Assembly: GCA_041665365.1 (NCBI GenBank)
Contig: JBAYIY010000007.1
Span: forward strand, 11,103-75,102
Length of the DNA: 64,000 nucleotides
Origin: Patescibacteria group bacterium
GTDB taxonomy: Bacteria > Patescibacteriota > Patescibacteriia > UBA9570
Direction of reading: 5' to 3'
The translations under genes were made by a program, and so were the position numbers. Under the pieces are notes generated by a model. The model had not been told where the DNA came from, made no database searches, and worked only from the letters and a program-made list of their open reading frames with translations. Of this stretch, positions 46,104 through 55,498 are shown in pieces (positions within the stretch are counted from its first letter, which is position 1; every line of letters starts with the position of its first letter).

Positions 46104-47159
46104 TTACTTGACGGCGACCGTAGGGTTCGCCACCACGAGGATACTCCCCATGATGGTCTCCACGTCGCCGGCGTAATTCCCGCCGGCATTGTGGAGGTCG
46201 ATCCCCTCGGCCTTCACCACCTCTTCCCGGACGCCGTCAGCGACCGGGAAAGCCACCTCGCCCTCGCCGTACGAATCGTCGACGACGAAGAAGAAATGAT
46301 CCCGGGCGACTTCACAAAGTCGTTTGCCCGGGAGAGTGGTCAGACTCGAACACTTGAACCCCTCCGGCAGCACGAGGATGCTGCCCATCGTGAGTTCCGG
46401 AATCGTTCCGGTGTACTCACTCAGGGCGTAGCTATCCCCGGAGCCGGCGAGGGGCCCGGTGAAGCAATCGTAGCCCGACGAGGCGCCATCGCCGCAAGAG
46501 AGGTGGGTATGATCCACCTCAATGGGCAACGGCCGCCCGATCGGGCCAGTCTGAGTCAATTCTCCCACACGCACCGCCTGGGTCGCGGTCGTGTGGGAGC
46601 CACCGTGAGCCCCAACCCAGCGGGTGGAGTCATATCCCTTCTCACACGCGCTGAACGGCGCGGAGTCGGGGAGGACCCACCCGGACGAGCCGTCGAAGTA
46701 GCTGATTTCAACAACGGTACCGTCAGGCTGCAGGGCCGTGACGATCCCATTGTTGTACAGATCATCCGACGTGTCCCTCATGGCGAAGGAATCGGGGAGG
46801 TAAACCTCCCTCGTTCTCCTGCCATCGGGGGCTGTCACGGTCACCGGTGACGAGTCTTTCGACCCGTCGAGGACAAAAACCGGGTCGATGTCGACCCAGT
46901 CAAGTCCTCCGTCCCAGTCCGTCTCGACCGTCCGGGCGATCTTGCGATCAACCTGGAGGTCACGGATCTGGAACGGCACCGAGGCCCAGCACTCGGCCGG
47001 GGTCTCGGTGTCGGTGTCCGCGTCAGTGTCAGAGTCGGTGTCCGTCTCCGCTTCGGGGCAGGTCGCCCCGGGCAGAGACGGATCACAATTGAGCTCTCCA
47101 CACCCCGCCACCAAAATGGTGACCAGGACGAGGAGCAGCTCGATGATGTAGCGCAACAT
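46104..47159 (-). CDS. high-GC lipoprotein with (D-T/S)n tract (foreign-type)
   Basis: 351 aa. Lipobox LVAGC. ETDTDSDTDADTDTE tract. Strong GC3 bias. AAGGAG lies 6 nt before the ATG. Confidence 0.7.
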   Translation of the reverse strand: MLRYIIELLLVLVTILVAGCGELNCDPSLPGATCPEAETDTDSDTDADTDTETPAECWASVPFQIRDLQVDRKIARTVETDWDGGLDWVDIDPVFVLDGSKDSSPVTVTAPDGRRTREVYLPDSFAMRDTSDDLYNNGIVTALQPDGTVVEISYFDGSSGWVLPDSAPFSACEKGYDSTRWVGAHGGSHTTATQAVRVGELTQTGPIGRPLPIEVDHTHLSCGDGASSGYDCFTGPLAGSGDSYALSEYTGTIPELTMGSILVLPEGFKCSSLTTLPGKRLCEVARDHFFFVVDDSYGEGEVAFPVADGVREEVVKAEGIDLHNAGGNYAGDVETIMGSILVVANPTVAVK

Positions 47160-47272
47160 GACTGCTCCTTACCCCTGGTCGGGGTGGGGGGACTGTTTGT
47201 TCGTCAAGTAATATGAATTTGGAAAGAACTAGTGTCGCTTACAGACAAAATTTGCCCATAAACGAACCGCAC

Positions 47273-47301
47273 AATATACCCTATTTTTGACGTTTTGTCA
47301 A
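47273..47301 (-). promoter_or_regulatory. near-consensus sigma70 promoter driving the third high-GC gene
   Basis: Minus strand: TTGACA, 17 nt spacer, TATATT, then a leader of about 110 nt. Confidence 0.55.
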
Positions 47302-47322
47302 GGGTTCTGCTACAATAAGCCC

Positions 47323-48543
47323 GTGAATATTCTGCAAATCAATAAATTCTTCTATCGGCGGCGGGGGGCAGAAACATACTTATTTGATCTCTCTGAATTA
47401 TTAAGAAGTAAAGGTCATAATGTCGCCGAGTTTGCTATGGTTCATCCAGACAACGAACCATCACCGTGGAGTGAGTATTTTGTGTCCGAAGTTGATTATA
47501 GCCAAAAAACTTTAGCGGGAAATATTAAAGCGGCAGCGAGAATGTTTTGGAGTACAGAAGCGCAAAGAAAACTGGATGCGTTGTTGGATGTGTTTAAACC
47601 AGATGTGGCACACATTCATAATATCTATCATCAAATTAGTCCATCTATTTTAGTCACCTTAAAGAAACGGGGGATACCGATAGTATTAACCCTGCATGAT
47701 TACAAATTAATTTGTCCGAATTACGAAATGTTTACGGGCAACCAAGTGTGCATGCGCTGTAAAGGGCGTAAATATTATAATGCGGTGTTGCATAAATGTA
47801 TTAAAGGTTCCGTGGGTATGAGTGCACTGGTTATGTTTGAAATGTATCTGCATAAAATGATGCAAGTGTATGAACATGAGGTTGATTGTTTTATATCACC
47901 ATCACAGTTTTTAAAAAAACAAATGTTGGATTGGGGTGAGCAAGTGAAGCGCATCGAGGTTATACCAAATTTTGTGCGTGCACCCATCACGGACGGTGTG
48001 ATGGACGGGTCGGATGCATCCCGTGTAAACGATGTCTTATACGCAGGTGCTCTTTCCCGCATCAAAGGGGTCGATTTAATCCTTGACAATTTCCGGAAAA
48101 ATCGGTACTCTGGCCGGTTACTATTAGCTGGGTCTGGGCCAATGGAGGCCGAAATAAAAGCTGAGAGTAACGAAAATATTGTGTATTTAGGACAGCTTAG
48201 TAAACAGGAATTAGCCAATCGGGTTAAAGAATGCCGGGCGGTGATTGTGCCATCGCGGTATCATGACAACTTTCCCTATGCAGTGCTTGAAGCTTTTGCA
48301 GCCGGGAAACCGGTGATTGCCAGTCACCGGGGTGGTATGCCAGAATTGGTGCAGCCGCGTCACACTGGCTGGTTATTTGAACCAACTAAACCAGACAGTT
48401 TAACAGCGGCTTTAACCGAAATGTTTAAACGAGACGATTTAGTAAAACAGTTTGGTGAGGCGGCCTGTCAAGTAGCCAAAACACACAACCCAGAAAAACA
48501 CTATGAAACGATTATTTCTCTTTATCAGTCTCTGCTTAGCTAG
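47323..48543 (+). CDS. GT4-family glycosyltransferase
   Basis: ORF track starts at the TTG at 47287. The GTG at 47323 gives the typical N-terminus (V)NILQINKFFY..GGAE. C-terminal EAFAAGKPVIAS..GG.PELV. Confidence 0.8.
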   Translation: MNILQINKFFYRRRGAETYLFDLSELLRSKGHNVAEFAMVHPDNEPSPWSEYFVSEVDYSQKTLAGNIKAAARMFWSTEAQRKLDALLDVFKPDVAHIHNIYHQISPSILVTLKKRGIPIVLTLHDYKLICPNYEMFTGNQVCMRCKGRKYYNAVLHKCIKGSVGMSALVMFEMYLHKMMQVYEHEVDCFISPSQFLKKQMLDWGEQVKRIEVIPNFVRAPITDGVMDGSDASRVNDVLYAGALSRIKGVDLILDNFRKNRYSGRLLLAGSGPMEAEIKAESNENIVYLGQLSKQELANRVKECRAVIVPSRYHDNFPYAVLEAFAAGKPVIASHRGGMPELVQPRHTGWLFEPTKPDSLTAALTEMFKRDDLVKQFGEAACQVAKTHNPEKHYETIISLYQSLLS

Positions 48544-50479
48544 CTTATTGCCGCTAGCTACTAAAGCAGTCACATTACCAGACGAATTTCCTCGCATCGG
48601 TAATTATTTTTTGGATCCAAATATTTCTGATAGTGAAGCCACTCAATTAGCGCAGTGGGATATTGTCATTGTTGGTTTTGAAACCCATTACACCAGCCCG
48701 AATGCGTTCACTATCATGAAAAACCTGAACCCGGATATTATTATTTTGGCTTATGTCACCAGTGAAGAAGTACCGGAAAAACATCTATTAGAAACCGATG
48801 TCAATAGCCCAATCTACCAACTGTATCATCAACTAAACGAGCATGATGATTGGTATTTAAAAAATTCCAGTGGGGCGTATGTAAATTTTTGGCCGGACAC
48901 AAGAATGCTAGATGTTACTGGTCAATGGAGCACTGTTTTGCCCAACTATATGGCAACTAATATAGTGAATACAAATCAAAATCACTGGGATGGAATTTTT
49001 TATGATAATTGTTTTAATGATGTGTCTTGGGTGGATAGTACAATTACCGTCAGTGACAGTCAGTGGAAAGACCGCATGACAACCATCATGCAAAATACGC
49101 GAGAGCAGTTACCTAAGAAAATTATTTTGTGTAATAGTAATGGTAAATTTTATTCATATATCAACGGCCGGTTAATTGAGGCGTTTCCATCAGATAATGA
49201 TGGTGGCTGGGCTGGCGCTATGAGTAAGTATTTCAGTGTTCTAGCCGAGGGGAAACCACCTAGCATCGTAATTGTGAACTCAGTGCAAGATGCTAACGAT
49301 AATAATATTTATCAGCAAATGCGCTATAACCTCACGTCTACATTATTAGGCGATGGTTTTGCTAGTTTTGATCAATCAGTTAGCCAGCATAGTTCTCTAT
49401 CTTGGTATGATGAATACAGCGTGGCTTTAGGTAAACCGTTAGGTGACCCGTATAATGTGGCTACCAACCAAGGGCCTAATCCGGCGCAATGGTCCAAGGG
49501 AGTGTGGCGGCGTAACTTTGAACGGGGGATTGTGTTAATAAATTCGGCCGACACCGAACAGCGGGTTGTTTTGGAAAATGGTTTCGAAAAGATCTTGGGT
49601 AAACAAGATCCAATTGTGAACGACGGTAGTGTCGTGGGGAGTGTTAAAATACCGGCGCATGATGGCATTATATTACAAGGCCGCATTGCGCAAGTAGTGG
49701 ATGATCCGTATGTGAATGGTACTTTTGCAAAAGTGTTTTCAGCGCGGGGCAAGAAAAAACGGAATAGTTTTTTTACTTACAATTCGGCTTATGCCGGCAG
49801 TGATGTTGTGGTTAGTGTGTCAGATATAAATACCGTGTTTGTCGCCGGACAGACTAATGTAACTGTTTATAAGAATGATGTTCAAGTAGCCCAGTTTGCA
49901 CCGTATGGCACAAATTTTCACGGTGGTGTTAACATAACTGTAGAACGGTTAGATGGGCCAAAAAAACCTTATCGGATTATTACCGGTACACAATCTGGTG
50001 GCGCCCAAGTGCGCATATTTTCAACACGCGGTAAATTAATTAACCCGGGTTGTTTTCCGTATGGGACAGGGTTTCATGGTGGCATCAACGTTGCCGTGGC
50101 CAATGTTTTACCAAAATCAGCCAAAAAAGAAATTGTCGTCGGAGCCGGCCAGGGCGGTGGGCCCCAAGTAATTGTGCTAAATAATCGTTGCCAAACAACT
50201 GGACGAAGTTGGTTTGCCTATGAGCAAAGTAGTCGAAGTGGAGTATGGGTCGCAGCCGGTGATGTGAACAATGATGGTAAAGATGATATAGTAACCATAC
50301 CAGGCCAGGGTGCCGCACCACTAATAAAAACCTTTACCGGTCGAGGTAAAAAACTAGCTAAAAGTTTTTATGCTTTTACGCAAACTAATCATAGCGGCGC
50401 TCAGGTAGCCATTAGCGATATTGATGGAGATAGTCTAAATGAATTAATTGCCATGTCTTTTTCCATCTTCAACCAATGA
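48503..50479 (+). CDS. secreted protein: N-terminal glycoside-hydrolase-like region (tentative) plus C-terminal FG-GAP/VCBS-like repeats
   Basis: Signal peptide MKRLFLFISLCLASLLPLATKA. GDVNNDGKDDIVT and SDIDGDSLNELIA repeats. Confidence 0.5.
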   Translation: MKRLFLFISLCLASLLPLATKAVTLPDEFPRIGNYFLDPNISDSEATQLAQWDIVIVGFETHYTSPNAFTIMKNLNPDIIILAYVTSEEVPEKHLLETDVNSPIYQLYHQLNEHDDWYLKNSSGAYVNFWPDTRMLDVTGQWSTVLPNYMATNIVNTNQNHWDGIFYDNCFNDVSWVDSTITVSDSQWKDRMTTIMQNTREQLPKKIILCNSNGKFYSYINGRLIEAFPSDNDGGWAGAMSKYFSVLAEGKPPSIVIVNSVQDANDNNIYQQMRYNLTSTLLGDGFASFDQSVSQHSSLSWYDEYSVALGKPLGDPYNVATNQGPNPAQWSKGVWRRNFERGIVLINSADTEQRVVLENGFEKILGKQDPIVNDGSVVGSVKIPAHDGIILQGRIAQVVDDPYVNGTFAKVFSARGKKKRNSFFTYNSAYAGSDVVVSVSDINTVFVAGQTNVTVYKNDVQVAQFAPYGTNFHGGVNITVERLDGPKKPYRIITGTQSGGAQVRIFSTRGKLINPGCFPYGTGFHGGINVAVANVLPKSAKKEIVVGAGQGGGPQVIVLNNRCQTTGRSWFAYEQSSRSGVWVAAGDVNNDGKDDIVTIPGQGAAPLIKTFTGRGKKLAKSFYAFTQTNHSGAQVAISDIDGDSLNELIAMSFSIFNQ

Positions 50480-50492
50480 GTATGACTTTATT

Positions 50493-52097
50493 ATGAACCC
50501 GCTAAAACTTTTTTTTCCATATCTCTGGCACTACTTCACGGATGATTATAAAGATCGCTTGCATCATTTAGTAGTTGATACGATATTATCGTTCCTGATG
50601 TTGCTGTTAATGGGCGGAAATATTTTACTAGCCGGCTGGTTGTATTTATATTCCATTACACCAGCTGTAACAACCAGTGTCACTGCATCAGACATGGTGA
50701 TTAGCGGCGAAACCATGACCTTTAATGGTTCATTAGTGCCCACCAACAAAACCATCAATAAGGTTGATCTAAAATTTGTTTTACCTACTTCATTTACGAC
50801 GAATGATCCGCTCTCATATCACTATGATCTGTTAAAAAAAGGTGATGAAAAAAAGTTAGCTGTGTCTGGCAGATTTGTTGGTGCAGTCAAAAAAACTTAT
50901 CGCGGTATTTTGTTATATTCTTATCAATATTATGGTCAAACTTACTCCGGTAACACTACAACCGATTTTAAAGTAGATACGACTAGTTTGGAAATTACTA
51001 CAGACATGCCTGATCATATCTTAAACGACGAAACCTTTACTTGGAAAATTGATTATCATAATAGTTCTCAAGTTGAACGCCAGGATACTTGTATCAGGCT
51101 GGATATTCCGGAGTCATTTAAAGTTGAAAGCACCAGTCAACCCATGACCGATAATAAAATCATGTTTACATCAATACCAGCGCAAAGTGGGGGATCAGTT
51201 GATGTGATTGGTTCATTTAGTAATGCTCAAGGTGAAGGAAGCCATGTCCTGGGTATCTTAGGAATGGATGATTGTGCCACTGGTGGTTTTGAACAAGTGG
51301 CTCTACAGCAACCAGTTGATGTTATCGCACCACGGTTAACACTTACTACTTATGGTTCGGCCATGGCTAATATTGGTGACACTGTCACATATTATGTGGT
51401 GTATCATAATGTCGGTGATACGGCTTTAGAAAATATTGTGACAACAGTTGATCTGTCCAATGGCACAACCAAACAATGGACAGATGGTAGTCTAGCCGCA
51501 GGAGATACACGCACGAAAGCTTTTACCATGTCTGTTTCATCTGGCACCAGAACAAAAAATCTTACTCAGAGTTACAGTGTGTCAGCGACCGGCACGATAG
51601 CTGGGGTAAATATACCAATTTATACAAAATCACTTAGTTATCAAACTAAATATAATTCGACTCTGAATTTTAGCCAGGTAGCTCGTTACGATTTAGGTTA
51701 TGGCCCACATCCGATGAGAGCATGGGACGTGTCGGCAGTACGAGTTTTTTGGCAAGTGGAAGATTTTACCAATGATTTGTCTAACGTGACAATTCAAACA
51801 ACCTTACCCACCCAAGTGGAGTGGACTGGATTGTCTGCTGTAACCGAAGGTGGTGCCATGGCCTATAATCCGGCGACCAGAGTAGTCACTTGGCATACCA
51901 GTAGTATCCCCAGTTTTGCCCATGCCCAGGGTTGTAGTTTTGAAGTGAGAGTAATTCCAAACAGCGCTCAGGTTGGTAAAAATATTAATATCACCAATGA
52001 AGTTAAATTCACCGCCCGAGATGGGTTTACAGATGCAGTCTTAACGCGAGTGTTAGGTGCCTTGCGTACCGATCAGCCTATTCAAGCCGCCCGATGA
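50493..52097 (+). CDS. membrane-anchored DUF11-like repeat protein
   Basis: Start moved to MNPLKLFF. N-terminal TM. GDTVTYYVVYHNVGDTALENIVTTVDL resembles the DUF11 conserved repeat. Confidence 0.5.
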   Translation: MNPLKLFFPYLWHYFTDDYKDRLHHLVVDTILSFLMLLLMGGNILLAGWLYLYSITPAVTTSVTASDMVISGETMTFNGSLVPTNKTINKVDLKFVLPTSFTTNDPLSYHYDLLKKGDEKKLAVSGRFVGAVKKTYRGILLYSYQYYGQTYSGNTTTDFKVDTTSLEITTDMPDHILNDETFTWKIDYHNSSQVERQDTCIRLDIPESFKVESTSQPMTDNKIMFTSIPAQSGGSVDVIGSFSNAQGEGSHVLGILGMDDCATGGFEQVALQQPVDVIAPRLTLTTYGSAMANIGDTVTYYVVYHNVGDTALENIVTTVDLSNGTTKQWTDGSLAAGDTRTKAFTMSVSSGTRTKNLTQSYSVSATGTIAGVNIPIYTKSLSYQTKYNSTLNFSQVARYDLGYGPHPMRAWDVSAVRVFWQVEDFTNDLSNVTIQTTLPTQVEWTGLSAVTEGGAMAYNPATRVVTWHTSSIPSFAHAQGCSFEVRVIPNSAQVGKNINITNEVKFTARDGFTDAVLTRVLGALRTDQPIQAAR

Positions 52098-52990
52098 AAC
52101 TAGTTTGTGTCATCGTTACCAAGGATCGTCCGGAAGATTTACGCCGGTGTTTAGCTAGTATTGTTTCAGCTGATCAAATTATTATTGTTGATGGGAGTAT
52201 TACAGCCAAAACAGTGGCTAAAGAATTTCAGTGTGCTTATTATCAATCTAAACCTGGTATTACCAGACAACGTAATCTGGCTAGACAACATATACCTTCA
52301 GACACCGACATTGTGGTGTATTGTGATGATGATACTGAATTATCACCCAACACTTTAATTAAAGTTAGAGAAATTTTTGCAGCTCAACCTGAAGTAGTTG
52401 GCCTAACTGGTAATTTAGATCAAACAGTTAAACACAATTTTTTCAAGAGACTGTTTGGGCGGTTAAGTCTAACATACACAAAACAACCCTACGGTTTTAC
52501 GACGGGTATATTTAATATCATAAATTCAGTAACTCAACCTACTAAAGTTGATTGGCTACCCGGTGCGTTTATGTGTTATCGCTGGTCAGTTGTGCAGGAT
52601 ATAATATTTGATGAATGGTTTACAGAGTACGGTTTAGGAGAAGACTTTGATTTCAGTTATCGCGTGGGTACATTAGGAATTTTGCTCGCTGACCCAAGTA
52701 TTGTTGTAGCCCATCATCATTCTCAAGTGAATCGAAATTGGAAGAAATTTGGCTATATGCGCCTGGTTAATCGCAACTATCTAAGAGTGAAATTATGGCC
52801 AAAACAAGGCCTTTATTGGCTTGGAATGTGGTGGTCTAATATGTGGTTATTGGCCATGCCGTATCGACCGGAGTGGATAGGGGAAATGCAGGGGCTCTTG
52901 ACAATTCTGTTAAAACGCGCTATATTTCCACGTTATGAAAATAACCTTTATAGGACAAAAGGGTATCCCAGCACTGGCCGGCGGCGTTGA
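52094..52990 (+). CDS. GT2-family glycosyltransferase
   Basis: MKLVCVIVTKDRPEDL and DDD motif (YCDDDTE). Confidence 0.7.
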   Translation: MKLVCVIVTKDRPEDLRRCLASIVSADQIIIVDGSITAKTVAKEFQCAYYQSKPGITRQRNLARQHIPSDTDIVVYCDDDTELSPNTLIKVREIFAAQPEVVGLTGNLDQTVKHNFFKRLFGRLSLTYTKQPYGFTTGIFNIINSVTQPTKVDWLPGAFMCYRWSVVQDIIFDEWFTEYGLGEDFDFSYRVGTLGILLADPSIVVAHHHSQVNRNWKKFGYMRLVNRNYLRVKLWPKQGLYWLGMWWSNMWLLAMPYRPEWIGEMQGLLTILLKRAIFPRYENNLYRTKGYPSTGRRR

Positions 52991-54077
52991 ACGGCACGTT
53001 GAGGAATTGGCTGTGCGGCTGGCTAAAATACCCAATACTGAGGTGGTGGCCTACACCCGTCCGTGGTATTCAGCTAAGGCTGTAACGAGCTACGATGGTG
53101 TTAGATTGGTTAGTTTGCCCTCAGTTCATACCAAAAACTTTGATGCCATTACGCATACTTTTTTAGCTATCATTCATGCTGCTCTTATCGAGCGGGCTGA
53201 TATTATTCATATTCAAGCCGTGGGGCCAGCCATTTTAGCGCCTTTGGCCAGATTATTACGCCCTAAAGCTAAAGTGATTGTTACGTTTCATTGTATTGAT
53301 CGCCAACACCAAAAATGGGGTCGATTTGCCAAACTTATGCTGTGGTTAGGTGAGTTTATGACCATGAAATTTGCTCATGAGGTTATTGCCGTGTCTCGTA
53401 CCATTCAGCACTATTCTTATGAATCATATGGTCGCATGGTGAAATATATTCCCAATGGTGCCACGCTTCATGCCATTGTGCCGGCCGATAAAATTACTGA
53501 GCAGTTTGGTTTAAAAAGTAAAGACTATGTTTTGACAGTGGCTCGATTAGTACAACATAAGGGTATTCATTATTTAATTAAGGCTTTCAAAAAACTCGAG
53601 ACAGATAAGAAACTAGTGATTGTTGGCGCCTCAACATTTACCGATGATTATGTACAGGAAATAATCACCTTAGCGGCTGATGATGCACGTATAATTTTCA
53701 CAGGTTTGCAAACTGGTCCGGTTTTACAGGAATTATATTCTAATGCTTATTGTTTTGCCTTACCGTCAGAATCTGAAGGGTTATCGATTGCATTATTAGA
53801 AGCCGGTAGTTATGGATTACCGATAGTGGCCAGCGATATTCCAGCTAACCGAGAAGTGTTAGATGGTAACGGTTTGATTGTTCCGGTCGGTAATATAGAA
53901 GCTTTACGGGCTGCGCTTGCACAATTATTATCTGACAAAAAATTAGCCGAAGGTTTTGGCGAACAAGCCAACCGCATGGTATTAGAGCACTATCAATGGG
54001 ATAGTATTGTAGCCGAAACGTTCGAATGCTACACTACTGGAAGTGCGCTTACCTATCAACCTGCACCAATTCATTAA
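52935..54077 (+). CDS. GT4-family glycosyltransferase
   Basis: MKITFIGQKGIPALAGGVERHVEEL and PSESEGLSIALLEAGSYGLPIVASDI. Confidence 0.8.
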   Translation: MKITFIGQKGIPALAGGVERHVEELAVRLAKIPNTEVVAYTRPWYSAKAVTSYDGVRLVSLPSVHTKNFDAITHTFLAIIHAALIERADIIHIQAVGPAILAPLARLLRPKAKVIVTFHCIDRQHQKWGRFAKLMLWLGEFMTMKFAHEVIAVSRTIQHYSYESYGRMVKYIPNGATLHAIVPADKITEQFGLKSKDYVLTVARLVQHKGIHYLIKAFKKLETDKKLVIVGASTFTDDYVQEIITLAADDARIIFTGLQTGPVLQELYSNAYCFALPSESEGLSIALLEAGSYGLPIVASDIPANREVLDGNGLIVPVGNIEALRAALAQLLSDKKLAEGFGEQANRMVLEHYQWDSIVAETFECYTTGSALTYQPAPIH

Positions 54078-54441
54078 ATTCTGTGTTGTCAGTGGTTTTA
54101 ACACGGTTGTTGACTTGGGTTCGTATTGGATTTTAACGAGATATTTTTCGTGGTGGGCACATCATCTAGTATTGGCTCATATTGTGTCTTTGATTATCAC
54201 CATGGTACATAGTTATGCGTGGAATTCTCTATGGGTTTTTGCCAAAGAGCATACCAACGATATCGTGTCCTTTATCAAGTTTGTGATTGTATCGATGTCT
54301 GGTTTGGTAATGAGTAGTGTTTTGTTTTGGGTAATGCTAGAAATTCACATTAATGATTGGGTTGTAAAGTTAAGTATGATGTTCTTTTTATTTGTGTGGA
54401 ATTTTGCCGGAGATAAGTGGTGGGTGTATACTAAAAAATAA
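54043..54441 (+). CDS. GtrA-like membrane protein
   Basis: 132 aa, 4 TM. FIKFCVVSGFNTVVDLG N-terminal motif. Confidence 0.7.
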   Translation: MRLPINLHQFIKFCVVSGFNTVVDLGSYWILTRYFSWWAHHLVLAHIVSLIITMVHSYAWNSLWVFAKEHTNDIVSFIKFVIVSMSGLVMSSVLFWVMLEIHINDWVVKLSMMFFLFVWNFAGDKWWVYTKK

Positions 54442-54442
54442 T

Positions 54443-55471
54443 ATGGTTAAACACGCAATTTTCGATAAAAAAAATATCTTAGTAGTCGGTGGGGCTGGGT
54501 TTATTGGTTCACATCTGTGTGACGAGTTGGTGAAACAAAATAAAGTCATCTGTGTGGATAATTTCGTCACTGGCCACGTGGAAAACATTGAGCATTTATT
54601 AGGTAATGCCAACTTTATTTTTATTAAGCATGATATTAATGAACCGTTAGATTTAACCAAGTTTCCTGAATTAGAAAAATTTCAAGTACAATTTCAAGGT
54701 GTTCAGGAAATATTTAATTTAGCCGTACCGACTAATAAACATACTTTTGAAGAGAATATTTTTAATACTTTATTGGCTAATTCTTATGCCGTCAGAAATA
54801 CTTTGGAAATAGCGAAACAGTTTCAGGCCAAATATTTATTCGCGTCATCGTCGTCAGTGTACGGTGATCCAATTGATGGACAAGATCTGTTTTCCGAGGA
54901 CTATTGGGGGTTTGTTGATCCAACTGGTCCACGCAGTTGTTATAATGAAGGCAAACGGTTTGGCGAGAGTTTTGTGACTAGTTTTGGTAAGCAATTTGGG
55001 ATTGATGTGAAAATCGGTCGCATCTTTAATACCTATGGTCCACGCATGGCGCTTAATTCTGGTCGCATGATACCTGATTTTGTGACTGAAGCGGCGGCGG
55101 GACACGATGTCTTAATTTATGGCCACGGAGCCGAAACTGATACCTATTGTTTCGTGAATGATATTATTGATGGCTTGTTAAAATTAATGAGCTACAAAGT
55201 AGCCGGACCAATCAATTTAGGTAGCCCAGAACGTTATACGATGTTGGATATTGCCAAAAAGATTATTACGTTTACAGAGTCAAAAGCGCAGATTAAATTT
55301 ACTGATGCGCTACCATTTTTAACAACACCTGGCGTGGCTGATATTAGTAAAGCCAAACAACAGTTGGGTTGGTTTCCGGTAGTGGCTTTAGATGAAGGTT
55401 TACGTCAAACTGTAGCGGATATGTTAGGTAGTCGAGTTTTAACTTATGCTCGAGTCGGTGGATTGACATAG
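54443..55471 (+). CDS. UDP-glucuronate decarboxylase / NAD-dependent sugar epimerase-dehydratase
   Basis: Start moved to MVKHAIF. VVGGAGFIGSHL, SSSSVYG and YNEGKRFGE (YxxxK). Confidence 0.8.
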   Translation: MVKHAIFDKKNILVVGGAGFIGSHLCDELVKQNKVICVDNFVTGHVENIEHLLGNANFIFIKHDINEPLDLTKFPELEKFQVQFQGVQEIFNLAVPTNKHTFEENIFNTLLANSYAVRNTLEIAKQFQAKYLFASSSSVYGDPIDGQDLFSEDYWGFVDPTGPRSCYNEGKRFGESFVTSFGKQFGIDVKIGRIFNTYGPRMALNSGRMIPDFVTEAAAGHDVLIYGHGAETDTYCFVNDIIDGLLKLMSYKVAGPINLGSPERYTMLDIAKKIITFTESKAQIKFTDALPFLTTPGVADISKAKQQLGWFPVVALDEGLRQTVADMLGSRVLTYARVGGLT

Positions 55472-55498
55472 ACGAGATTATTTTGTATAGTTTGCCCC

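Noticed and set aside
46191-47151. Alternative-frame ORFs over cassette 3 (46191..46850, 46556..46765, 46841..47101, 46847..47092, 46888..47151)
   Set aside because: The same high-GC artefact applies. The minus-strand frame 46104..47159 has the lipobox, the Shine-Dalgarno site and the GC3 bias.
40640-47200. Simple contig chimera or contamination as the explanation for the high-GC segments
   Set aside because: This is not fully excluded without reads, but it is unlikely. There are three separate islands, each exactly one gene long and each flanked on both sides by low-GC DNA carrying this genome's own repeat families. Each island has local promoters and terminators, and two share the same leader.
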